Program-made: the position numbers and the translations under genes
The notes under the pieces: generated by a model
What the model was told of the DNA's origin: nothing
Databases searched by the model: none
What the model saw: only the letters and a program-made list of their open reading frames with translations
Shown here: piece by piece, positions 19,369 through 28,009 of the stretch
Position numbering within the stretch: the stretch's first letter is position 1
How the letters are laid out: every line of letters begins with the position of its first letter
DNA from: an archaeon
Lineage (GTDB): Archaea; Nanobdellota; Nanobdellia; Woesearchaeales; GW2011-AR15
Direction of reading: 5' to 3'
Assembly (NCBI GenBank): GCA_018671515.1
Contig: JABHHN010000080.1
Location: 21,695-85,694, forward strand
Length of the DNA stretch: 64,000 bases

Positions 19369-20239
19369 TTTAATTGGAGTCGGACTAGGAATACTAAGTG
19401 GACTATTAGATGCGACAAAAAATGCATTATTTAGGTATTCTAAAAACAAAGTCGATCCTTTAACTTTTGGTCTTTACGGTGTATTTATTGCAACATTGAT
19501 TATGCTACCAATTCTTTTGTTTCATGGAATTGTTATTTTAAATGTAAATTTCTGGTATTCACTTATTGCTGTCACATTTTTAGATGGGATTTCATCTCTT
19601 ATGTATATCAAGGCAATTCAGATTTCTGGATTAAGTAACACTGTTCCACTTATAACTATAACACCAATATTTATTGTAATAATTGAATTTTTTATTTTAG
19701 GAGATATTCCTTCAAAATTAGGATTCTTAGGAATATTTTTGATTGTCATAGGTGCTTATTTACTTAATTTCAAAAAAAAGAATAAAAATTATTTGGAACC
19801 TTTTAAAAGTTTAATGAATGATAAAGGATCCAAGACAATGCTAATTGTATCTTTTTTGTTTGCTGTCGTTGCAATTTTATATAAGACTGGAATAAATGCT
19901 TCAGATGAAATAACTTTTTTTTCATTTGCTGTATTTTCTATCTTTATTTTCTATTTTTTTATTGCATTATTTAAAATAGATTGGAAAACATTTGTTAAAG
20001 CTAGAAAGTACTTTAAAATATTTTTTTTTACTTCAATCATTGGAACTATTGGTTCATTATTGACTACATTTGTTATGAAAATAATATATGTTAGTTATGC
20101 AATATCTTTAAAGAGACTTTCAGTTTTATTTAGTGTATTAATTGGATTTTTGATATTTAAAGAAAAAAATTTCAAAGAAAAAATAATAGGAAGTATCATT
20201 ATGGTAATAGGAGTATTAATAATAGGTTTATATGGGTGA
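19361..20239 (+). CDS. EamA/DMT-family transporter
   Basis: 292 aa with ~10 TM and a two-EamA-repeat pattern. Confidence 0.65.
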   Translation: MNDLIGVGLGILSGLLDATKNALFRYSKNKVDPLTFGLYGVFIATLIMLPILLFHGIVILNVNFWYSLIAVTFLDGISSLMYIKAIQISGLSNTVPLITITPIFIVIIEFFILGDIPSKLGFLGIFLIVIGAYLLNFKKKNKNYLEPFKSLMNDKGSKTMLIVSFLFAVVAILYKTGINASDEITFFSFAVFSIFIFYFFIALFKIDWKTFVKARKYFKIFFFTSIIGTIGSLLTTFVMKIIYVSYAISLKRLSVLFSVLIGFLIFKEKNFKEKIIGSIIMVIGVLIIGLYG

Positions 20240-20245
20240 GAAAAT

Positions 20246-21337
20246 ATGTCAGGAGATTCATTTGGGAAATTATTCAAAGTAACAAATTGGGGAGAAAGTC
20301 ATGGAAAAGCAATAGGTATAATTATTGAAGGGTGTCCTCCTCTTCTTAACATTACTGAAAAAGAAATTCAAAAAGAGCTTAATAGAAGGACACCGGGCCA
20401 AAGTAAAATAACTACTCAGAGAAAAGAACCAGATAAAGTTGAAATCATTTCTGGAGTGTTTAATGGAAAAACCACTGGAACTCCTATATCTATGATAATC
20501 CATAATACTGATTTCAAAAAAGAAGATTATAAAGAAATAAAAACAAAATATAGACCAAGTCATGCTGATTTTACTTATGATAAAAAATATGGAATAAGAG
20601 ACCCATCAGGTGGTGGAAGAACATCTGCTAGGATGACTGCTGGAAATGTTGCTGCAGGAGTAATCGCTAAAAAAATATTAAAAGAAAAATTCAAAATTGA
20701 AATAATTGCATATGTTAAAACAGTAAGGAAAATTGTTGCAGATATAGATCCATATGATGTTACTAGAGAAGAAGTTGAACAAAACATTATAAGATGTCCA
20801 GATAATAAAAAAGCAATAGCTATGCAAAGATTGATTTCTCGAGAATTAAGCTATGGTGATTCCTTAGGAGGAATTATTGAATGTGTTATAAGAAATGTGC
20901 CTATTGGATTAGGTGAACCAATATTTGATAAAATAGATGCAGATTTAGCAAAAGCAATGTTATCAATAAATGCAACAAAAGGTTTTGAAATTGGAAGTGG
21001 TTTTTCTGGAACAAAAATGCTTGGTAGTGAACATAATGATCCATTTGTGATAGAAAAAGGAAAAGTTGTAACTGAAACAAATAATTCTGGTGGAGTGCAA
21101 GGTGGAATCACCAATGGTATGCCTATTATTTTTAGAGTAGCATTCAAACCTACATCTACAATAAGTCAAAAACAAGATACTATTGATAATAAAAATAAAG
21201 AAGTTGTTATTGAAGGAAAAGGAAGACATGATCCTTGTGTACTTCCTAGAGCTGTTCCTATTGTTGAAGCAATGTCTGCATTGGTGTTATGTGATCATTA
21301 TATGAGACATATTGCACAATGTGGTGATATAAAATGA
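20246..21337 (+). CDS. aroC: chorismate synthase
   Basis: [27 protein letters not shown] and GRHDPCV motifs. Confidence 0.92.
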   Translation: MSGDSFGKLFKVTNWGESHGKAIGIIIEGCPPLLNITEKEIQKELNRRTPGQSKITTQRKEPDKVEIISGVFNGKTTGTPISMIIHNTDFKKEDYKEIKTKYRPSHADFTYDKKYGIRDPSGGGRTSARMTAGNVAAGVIAKKILKEKFKIEIIAYVKTVRKIVADIDPYDVTREEVEQNIIRCPDNKKAIAMQRLISRELSYGDSLGGIIECVIRNVPIGLGEPIFDKIDADLAKAMLSINATKGFEIGSGFSGTKMLGSEHNDPFVIEKGKVVTETNNSGGVQGGITNGMPIIFRVAFKPTSTISQKQDTIDNKNKEVVIEGKGRHDPCVLPRAVPIVEAMSALVLCDHYMRHIAQCGDIK

Positions 21338-21606
21338 ATCTTGAAGATGCAAGAAAAAAAATTGATGATATAGATACTAATATTATAGATCTTCTTTCAA
21401 AAAGACTTTCGTTTGTAAGTGTAATTGCAAGATACAAATTAAAGCATAATATTGATAGAAAAGATGAAAAAAGAGAAGAAGAAATATTAAAAAATAAAAC
21501 ATATTTAGGAGCTAAAAAAGGGCTTGATGATAAATACATAATAGATTTATATAAAAGAATTATTCTGGAAAGTCATATTATTGAAAAAAAAATCATGAAA
21601 AGGTGA
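21334..21606 (+). CDS. chorismate mutase (AroQ class)
   Basis: 90 aa with [20 protein letters not shown] helix 1. ATGA overlap with aroC. Confidence 0.8.
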   Translation: MNLEDARKKIDDIDTNIIDLLSKRLSFVSVIARYKLKHNIDRKDEKREEEILKNKTYLGAKKGLDDKYIIDLYKRIILESHIIEKKIMKR

Positions 21607-21612
21607 ATTAAA

Positions 21613-22740
21613 ATGGAAGTTAGAAAAGATATATCTGAAATTAAACTTACAATTAGAAAAATAACTGAAATTGCTAAAGCAAAAAATAATTGTATCAGAT
21701 TTGATATTGGACAACCAGATTTTGATACACCTCAACATATAAAGGACGCTACAAATAAAGCACTTATGGATGGAAAGACAGGATATGGTCCTGTTCGTGG
21801 AGTGGATGAACTAAGAATTGCTATTGCTGAATATGAATCTCAAAAAGATGGACTTGATTTTGATGAATCAAATATAATCGTGACTACCGGTGGTATGCAT
21901 GCTTTATTTTCAGTATGTCTTGCATTTTTAGAAAAGGGAGACGAAGTAATAATTCCTGACCCTTATTGGGCCGCATATAATCTAATTATAAAATCTGTTG
22001 GTGGTGTTCCTGTTCCAGTACATTATGTCGATGATTCAAAACTTTTAATTGAAGAATTAGAACGTGCAATAACTTCAAAAACTAAATTCATATTTGTGAA
22101 TTCTCCTTCAAATCCAACAGGAGAAATATTAATAGATGAAGATCTTAAAAAAATTGCAGATTTAGCAGAAGAAAAAGACATAATAATAATTTCTGATGAA
22201 GTATATGAAAGAATGCTTTTTGGTGAGCATAAATTTTCAAGTATCGCTAAATATGCTCCTAAAAGAACATTAAGAATAAATTCTACTTCTAAGACATATG
22301 CAATGACTGGTTGGAGAATTGGATGGCTTACTGGAGATAAAGATTTGATTATACAAATTGCAAAATGTATTAGAGCAACTATTGCATGTGTAACTAATTT
22401 CATTCAATATGGTGCAGTTGCTGCATTAAATGGTCCTCAAGATGAAGCAATGAATATGAAAAAAGAATATGAAAAAAGATATGTTGCATTCAAAGAAAGA
22501 GTTGATAAGATTGGATGGACTTATTTAACACCAAAAGGAACTTTTTACATGTTTGTTGATACAAAAGAAGATTCATGGCCATTCTGCCTTAAGATGATAG
22601 AAGAAATAGGCGTTTCATCTGTTCCAGGGGCTGCTTTTGGTGATTTTGGAAAAACATATGCAAGATTCTGTTATGGAAGTGTTAGTGTTGATAAAATAAA
22701 TGAAGCATTTGATAGAATTGAAAAATGGTTAAAAAAATAG
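21613..22740 (+). CDS. class I/II pyridoxal-phosphate aminotransferase (aspartate/aromatic)
   Basis: NPSNPTG and SKTYAMTGWRIGW (PLP lysine) motifs. An AGGTGA SD lies upstream. Confidence 0.85.
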   Translation: MEVRKDISEIKLTIRKITEIAKAKNNCIRFDIGQPDFDTPQHIKDATNKALMDGKTGYGPVRGVDELRIAIAEYESQKDGLDFDESNIIVTTGGMHALFSVCLAFLEKGDEVIIPDPYWAAYNLIIKSVGGVPVPVHYVDDSKLLIEELERAITSKTKFIFVNSPSNPTGEILIDEDLKKIADLAEEKDIIIISDEVYERMLFGEHKFSSIAKYAPKRTLRINSTSKTYAMTGWRIGWLTGDKDLIIQIAKCIRATIACVTNFIQYGAVAALNGPQDEAMNMKKEYEKRYVAFKERVDKIGWTYLTPKGTFYMFVDTKEDSWPFCLKMIEEIGVSSVPGAAFGDFGKTYARFCYGSVSVDKINEAFDRIEKWLKK

Positions 22741-22741
22741 A

Positions 22742-23992
22742 ATGAAAACTAAAACCAATAATATTGAAGTCATGTCGCCTGCAGGATCATATGAAGCACT
22801 TCATGCTGCAATAAAAGCAGGTGCAAATTCTGTATATTTTGGTGTAACTCAATTAAATATGCGTTCTAGATCTTCTAAAAATTTCACATTAGAAGATCTT
22901 AAAAAAATAGCTAAAATATGTTCTGACAATGATGTAAAATCATACTTAACACTAAATACTGTAATGTATGAACACGATATGACATTGATGAAAAAAATAT
23001 GTGATACTGCAAAAAAATCAGGAGTGACTGCATTAATAATTTCAGATATTTCAGCAATGATGTATGCACATTCAATTGGCATAGAAATACATATTTCAAC
23101 ACAGGCAAACGTCTCTAATTTTGAAACTGTAAAATTCTATTCTCAGTTTGCAGATGTAATTGTACTTGCAAGAGAGCTTACATTATCACAAGTAAAAGAA
23201 ATTGTTAAAAAAATAAAAAAAGAAAAAATAGAAGGACCAAATAGAGAATTAGTCCAGATTGAACTTTTTGCTCATGGAGCAATGTGTATAGCAATTTCTG
23301 GAAAATGCTATATGAGTTTATCAACATATAATTCATCTGCTAATAGAGGTGCATGTCTTCAAAACTGTAGAAGATCATACAAAGTGACAGATTTAGAAAC
23401 TGGAGATGAGCTTGAAATTGATAATGAATATGTAATGTCTCCAAAAGATATGTGCACAATTGGTTTTATCGATAAAATGATTGAATCAGGTTCTGTTGTT
23501 CTAAAATTAGAAGGAAGAGGAAAAGCACCTGAATATGTATATACAGTTACAAAATGTTATCGTGAAGCTGTTGATTCATATTATAATGGAACTTATACTA
23601 AAAAGAAAATAAAAAAATTGACTGATGAATTAAAAACTGTATATAATAGAGGATTTTGGGATGGATATTATAGAGGGAAAAAATTAGATATGTGGGCAGG
23701 CGAATATGGCTCACAGGCAACTAAAGAAAAAATATATGTAGGACGTGCAGAAAATTATTATAAAAAATTAGGTATTGCACAATTCGGCCTTGATGCTAAT
23801 TCAATAAGAAAAGGAGACGATTTAATAATAACTGGACCAACTACCGGAATATTAAAACAAAAAGCAAAATCATTATTTATTAATGAAAAAGAAGTTGATA
23901 TCGCACCTAAAGGAAGTGTTGTTACATTTCCAATAAAAGAAATTGTAAGAAAAAATGATAAATTGTTCATTTACAAAGACATAAAAAAGTAA
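22742..23992 (+). CDS. peptidase-U32-family protein (TrhP/RlhA/UbiU-like putative Fe-S hydroxylase)
   Basis: N-terminus EVMSPAGSYEALHAAIKAGANSVYFG. Four Cys are spaced C-x6-C-x15-C-x3-C (CIAISGKCYMSLSTYNSSANRGACLQNC, about nt 23284-23370). Confidence 0.8.
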   Translation: MKTKTNNIEVMSPAGSYEALHAAIKAGANSVYFGVTQLNMRSRSSKNFTLEDLKKIAKICSDNDVKSYLTLNTVMYEHDMTLMKKICDTAKKSGVTALIISDISAMMYAHSIGIEIHISTQANVSNFETVKFYSQFADVIVLARELTLSQVKEIVKKIKKEKIEGPNRELVQIELFAHGAMCIAISGKCYMSLSTYNSSANRGACLQNCRRSYKVTDLETGDELEIDNEYVMSPKDMCTIGFIDKMIESGSVVLKLEGRGKAPEYVYTVTKCYREAVDSYYNGTYTKKKIKKLTDELKTVYNRGFWDGYYRGKKLDMWAGEYGSQATKEKIYVGRAENYYKKLGIAQFGLDANSIRKGDDLIITGPTTGILKQKAKSLFINEKEVDIAPKGSVVTFPIKEIVRKNDKLFIYKDIKK

Positions 23993-24157
23993 TGGTGAAT
24001 TGGAAATAAACTTACTAAAAGTTAGTAGATTTAATTTTTAATAAAAAAATGAAAATAAACTCACTAATGGTTCGTACTTTCCATTTTTTAATAAAAAAAT
24101 GAAAATAAACTCACTAATGGTTCGTACTTTCCATTTTTTAATAAAAAAATGAAAATA
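23991..24157 (+). repeat. 50-bp tandem repeat, ~3.3 copies (one degenerate, two identical, one partial that merges into the fdx start)
   Basis: Units 24041-24090 and 24091-24140 are identical (ATAAAAAAATGAAAATAAACTCACTAATGGTTCGTACTTTCCATTTTTTA). 24001-24040 is a diverged copy. 24141-24157 repeats the first 17 nt. Confidence 0.9.
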
Positions 24158-24370
24158 TCACATCAAAGAGATAAATGTATTGGATGCAATTCATGTGTTG
24201 AAGATGCTTCAGAATACTGGAAAATTTCCAAAGAAGACGGAAAAGCAGATTTATTAGGTTCAATAAAAAAAGGTAATTTTTATATCTTAGAAACTTCAAA
24301 TATTGACATTGAAAAAAACAAAAAAGCAGCAGAAATTTGCCCAGTAAATATTATAAAAATTTATGAGTGA
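24149..24370 (+). CDS. small mono-cluster ferredoxin
   Basis: 73 aa with CIGCNSC...CP (CPVNIIK), the pattern of single-cluster ferredoxins. Confidence 0.7.
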   Translation: MKISHQRDKCIGCNSCVEDASEYWKISKEDGKADLLGSIKKGNFYILETSNIDIEKNKKAAEICPVNIIKIYE

Positions 24371-24375
24371 TAATT

Positions 24376-25167
24376 ATGAAAATAGGTTTATTAGGTCCAG
24401 CAGGAACATTTACGGAAACAGCTTTAAATAAATATAATAAAATTGCTAAAAAAGTATTTTTAAAAAGCCATTTTGATGTATTTGATGCTGTTAATAATGG
24501 TCTAGTTGATAATGGAATTATTGCTATTGAAAATCAAATAAATGGTTTTGTTTTAGCAAATATTGATCTTTTTCTAAATACTAATATGAATATAATTCAA
24601 GAAATAATAATACCAATACATCATTGTCTTGCAATACCTATTGGTTGTAAAAAAATTAAAAACATTATTTCTCATCCACAAGCTCTTGCTCAATGTCAGG
24701 ATTATATTATAAAAAAATATCCAGGTGCCAGAAAAATTCCATCTGAAAGCACAGCTCGAGGAATGGAAGAAACTAAAATTATTAGTAATTCTGCAGGAAT
24801 TGGGCCTACGCTGGCTGCAGAAATGAATGATTTGAATATTATTGATAAAAATATTGAAGATTATAAAAAAAATGAAACAAGATTTTTTATAATAACAAAA
24901 AAAAAAACTATTAATAATAAAGGTAAAAAAACTAGTATAGTATTCATCTGTAAGCATGAACCTGGATCATTATATAATAGTCTAAAAGTATTTGCTAAAA
25001 ATAAAGTAAATCTACTTAATATTTTTTCAAGACCAATAAAAAATAAATCATGGGAATATTCATTTTATATTGAATTAGAAGGAAATGTCAATGGAAAAAA
25101 AATTATTGAATCTATTAAAAAATTAAAAGATCAAAGTTTAAAAGTAAATATTTTGGGATCATATTGA
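24376..25167 (+). CDS. pheA: prephenate dehydratase with C-terminal ACT domain
   Basis: MKIGLLGPAGTFTE, NETRFFIIT (TRF motif) and an ACT segment GSLYNSLKVFAKNKVNLLNIFSRP. Confidence 0.88.
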   Translation: MKIGLLGPAGTFTETALNKYNKIAKKVFLKSHFDVFDAVNNGLVDNGIIAIENQINGFVLANIDLFLNTNMNIIQEIIIPIHHCLAIPIGCKKIKNIISHPQALAQCQDYIIKKYPGARKIPSESTARGMEETKIISNSAGIGPTLAAEMNDLNIIDKNIEDYKKNETRFFIITKKKTINNKGKKTSIVFICKHEPGSLYNSLKVFAKNKVNLLNIFSRPIKNKSWEYSFYIELEGNVNGKKIIESIKKLKDQSLKVNILGSY

Positions 25168-25179
25168 TTTTTGATAAAT

Positions 25180-25189
25180 TTTAAATATA
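25180..25189 (+). promoter_or_regulatory. TATA-like box upstream of the Tyr-rich leader ORF
   Basis: TTTAAATATA is centred about 29 nt upstream of ATG 25214. Confidence 0.3.
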
Positions 25190-25213
25190 ACATACTACTA
25201 ACTTCAACGAATT

Positions 25214-25288
25214 ATGTCAAGAGATAAATCAAATATGGACTATGCAAAAGATTTATCTAGTGTAAACTTCTATTATTATTATCTATAG
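25214..25288 (+). CDS. candidate Tyr-rich leader peptide (24 aa) upstream of tyrA
   Basis: Hand translation gives MSRDKSNMDYAKDLSSVNFYYYYL-stop, with four consecutive TAT codons preceded by TTC. It lies in the 202-bp gap between pheA and tyrA. Confidence 0.35.
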   Translation: MSRDKSNMDYAKDLSSVNFYYYYL

Positions 25289-25318
25289 ATTTGATCTTAT
25301 TAATTTTAGGTCAAATCT
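25287..25318 (+). promoter_or_regulatory. hairpin overlapping the leader ORF stop codon
   Basis: AGATTTGATC (25287-25296) pairs with GGTCAAATCT (25309-25318) as 10 bp including one G.U, with a 12-nt loop. Confidence 0.4.
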
Positions 25319-25369
25319 CATATTGATAAAATAATTATAATTTATAAAAAAATTAATTATGGTGATAAT

Positions 25370-26200
25370 ATGAAAAATAAAATTGGAATAATAGGCGGAA
25401 ATGGCAGTATGGGCAAATGGTTTAGTAATTTTTTTTCTAATCTCGGTCATGATGTAATTATAAGTGATTTAGGAACTAAACTCAGCAATAAAGATGTTGT
25501 TGAACAATCTGATGTAATAATTATTTCTCTCCCTATGCAAATTGCACCAAAAATTGTTAAAGAAATTTCTAAATTTACTAAAGAAAATCAATTAATTATT
25601 GATATAACTGCATTAAAAGAAGAAATTGTAGAAAAACTTCTAAAAACTAAATCTGAAATTGTAAGTATCCATCCATTATATGGTCCATCATTAAAATCCA
25701 TATCTGGACAGACTGTTGTTGTATGTGATGTAAGAACAGATAAATGGAATGGATGGATTGAAAAAATTCTAAAAAAAGAAGGTGCTAAGATAAAAGAAGC
25801 AACACCAAAAAAACATGATAAAATGATGTCTGTAATTCAAGGTCTCACACATTTTAGTCTTATAAGTCTTGGTCATGCATTAAAAGAACTTGATATTGAT
25901 ATTGACGAGAGTCTGCAATACACAAGTCCGATATATAAAATAAGATTAGAAATGGTAGGAAGGATTTTGAATCAAAATCCTGTTGTATATTCAGATATAG
26001 CTATAAATAATAAAAATAGTAAAGACATCTTAAGTGTTATGATGAAATCTATGGATGAACTTAAAAAAATAATAAACAATAAAGATAGTGAAGGTTTTAT
26101 TGATTATTTCAACAAAGCATCAAATCATTTTGGTGAATTTAAAAAAGAAGCAATGATAGAAAGTGATAAAATGATAAAGGCGGTAAGTGAAGATGAATGA
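25370..26200 (+). CDS. tyrA: prephenate dehydrogenase
   Basis: GIIGGNGSMGKWF Rossmann fold, SIHPLYGP and HDKMMSVIQGLTHF. GGTGA SD at 25361-25365. Confidence 0.85.
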   Translation: MKNKIGIIGGNGSMGKWFSNFFSNLGHDVIISDLGTKLSNKDVVEQSDVIIISLPMQIAPKIVKEISKFTKENQLIIDITALKEEIVEKLLKTKSEIVSIHPLYGPSLKSISGQTVVVCDVRTDKWNGWIEKILKKEGAKIKEATPKKHDKMMSVIQGLTHFSLISLGHALKELDIDIDESLQYTSPIYKIRLEMVGRILNQNPVVYSDIAINNKNSKDILSVMMKSMDELKKIINNKDSEGFIDYFNKASNHFGEFKKEAMIESDKMIKAVSEDE

Positions 26201-27254
26201 AAAAATAATTGATGTAAATGTCTCAAATTATGAAAAAGTAATTGCTCCTTCAAAATTAAAAGAAGAAATGCCTCTTAATGAAGCAGGATCATTAATAGTT
26301 AAAAAAGCAAGAGAAAATATCAAAAATATAATGTCAGGAAAAGACAAAAGAAAGATAATAATAACAGGTCCTTGTTCAATTCATGACACAAAACAAGCAA
26401 AAGAATATGCTCAAAAACTTTCAAAATTATCAAAAAAAGTTAATGATAAGTTTGTAATAATAATGAGAGCTTATTTTGAAAAACCTAGAACTACAATTGG
26501 TTGGAAAGGTCTAATTAATGATCCAAATATTAATGGAACATACGATACAAATTTAGGATTAAAACTAGCAAGAAAAGTTTTACTTGATGCAATATCATTA
26601 GGAATCCCTTGTGGAACTGAATTTTTAGAACCATTCACACCACAATTCATTGATGATTTAATCTCTTGGGTAGGTATAGGTGCAAGAACTTCTGAATCTC
26701 CAACCCATAGACAATTAGCTTCTGGACTTTCATCTCCTGTTGGTTTTAAGAATAGTACAAATGGTGATGTCAAAGTAGCAATAAATGCAATAAAATCTGC
26801 TAGTGCTCCACAAGCTTTTTTTGGAATGGATGATGAAGGTATGGTTTGTAATGTTTCAACTAAAGGAAATAAATTTGGTCATATAATTCTTCGTGGTGGA
26901 AAAAATCCTAATTATTTCAAAGAAGATATTAAAAATATTCAAAATATGTTAAATGATACTAATCTAAATGATTCTATAATTGTTGATTGCAGTCATGGAA
27001 ATTCAGGTAAAGATCATAAAAAACAGTCTGATGTGTTTAATGATATAATAAATCAAATAAATAACGGAAATGACAAAATAATTGGAATAATGATCGAATC
27101 AAATATAAATGAAGGAAATCAAAAAATTCCAAATGATTTAACCGAATTTGATAGATTAAATCTTATACATGGGGTATCAATTACAGATGGTTGTGTTGAT
27201 TGGAATACAACTGAAAAAATGATACTTAATAATTATGATAAATTAAAAATATAA
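26193..27254 (+). CDS. aroG: DAHP synthase, type I-alpha (E. coli AroG/F/H-like)
   Basis: Near-collinear with E. coli AroG as I recall it: ITGPCSIHD, YFEKPRTTIGWKGLINDP, GARTSESPTHRQLASGLS, PVGFKN, IILRGG. The start is ATG 26193, or alternatively GTG 26187. Confidence 0.88.
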   Translation: MNEKIIDVNVSNYEKVIAPSKLKEEMPLNEAGSLIVKKARENIKNIMSGKDKRKIIITGPCSIHDTKQAKEYAQKLSKLSKKVNDKFVIIMRAYFEKPRTTIGWKGLINDPNINGTYDTNLGLKLARKVLLDAISLGIPCGTEFLEPFTPQFIDDLISWVGIGARTSESPTHRQLASGLSSPVGFKNSTNGDVKVAINAIKSASAPQAFFGMDDEGMVCNVSTKGNKFGHIILRGGKNPNYFKEDIKNIQNMLNDTNLNDSIIVDCSHGNSGKDHKKQSDVFNDIINQINNGNDKIIGIMIESNINEGNQKIPNDLTEFDRLNLIHGVSITDGCVDWNTTEKMILNNYDKLKI

Positions 27255-27321
27255 ATTGATTTAAAATGAAAGATATTATTAAAAATAATAAAAATATTCA
27301 AAGGATGAAGTTGATGACAAA

Positions 27322-27999
27322 ATGATAGGAACTATAGTAAATGTGATTGCAATAATTATAGGTTCTTTAATTGGTATTCTTTTTAATAAATTTATTCCTA
27401 AAAGAGTAAAAGAAATAATATTTCAGGCATTAGGGTTATCAACTATTTTAATTGGAATGCAATTAGCATTAAAAACTGAAAATGTATTGTTAGTCATTTT
27501 TAGTTTAATAATTGGTGGAATAATTGGAGAATTGATACATATAGAAAAAAAATTAAAAAAATTTGGAATTTCATTAAAAAAAAAATTAAAATCAAAAGAT
27601 TCTAAATTTGTAGAAGGATTTGTTACAACAAGTCTTCTTTTCTGTGTTGGTGCAATGGCAATTGTAGGCTCAATTGAAGACGGAATAAATAATAACCCTT
27701 CAATATTATTAACAAAATCCCTCTTAGATGGTTTTGCATCAATTGCTTTTGCAAGTGCTTTGGGTTTTGGTGTTATGTTTTCAGCAATCCCAATTTTAAT
27801 TTATCAGGGTGGTCTAACTTTGTTAGCTGTTTATATTAAACAATATTTGACTCCTTCTGCAATAACTGAAATGAGTGCTGTTGGTGGATTGTTAATTATT
27901 GGAATTGGATTAAGTCTTTTAAATATCAAAAAAATAAAAATTGGAAATCTGCTTCCTTCTGTTTTGGTAGCAGCCATATTAGCTATAATATTTATGTAG
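27322..27999 (+). CDS. DUF554-family membrane protein
   Basis: MIGTIVNVIAIIIGSLIGILF N-terminus, ~225 aa, multi-TM. Confidence 0.6.
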   Translation: MIGTIVNVIAIIIGSLIGILFNKFIPKRVKEIIFQALGLSTILIGMQLALKTENVLLVIFSLIIGGIIGELIHIEKKLKKFGISLKKKLKSKDSKFVEGFVTTSLLFCVGAMAIVGSIEDGINNNPSILLTKSLLDGFASIAFASALGFGVMFSAIPILIYQGGLTLLAVYIKQYLTPSAITEMSAVGGLLIIGIGLSLLNIKKIKIGNLLPSVLVAAILAIIFM

Positions 28000-28009
28000 G
28001 TGAAATAAA

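Noticed and set aside
23991-24157. Considered whether the 50-bp direct repeats are a small CRISPR array, given a Cas4-like gene in the window
   Set aside because: The units are contiguous with no unique spacers, and there are only ~3 copies. They share sequence with the adjacent gene start. No cas1/cas2 or effector genes are present, and the Cas4-like gene is 12 kb away.
27266-27325. 19-codon uORF (MKDIIKNNKNIQRMKLMTK) whose TGA overlaps the ATG of the DUF554 gene; considered as a fourth leader peptide
   Set aside because: It has no aromatic or otherwise biased regulatory codon run and no associated stem-loop. It is likely fortuitous or a simple coupling ORF.
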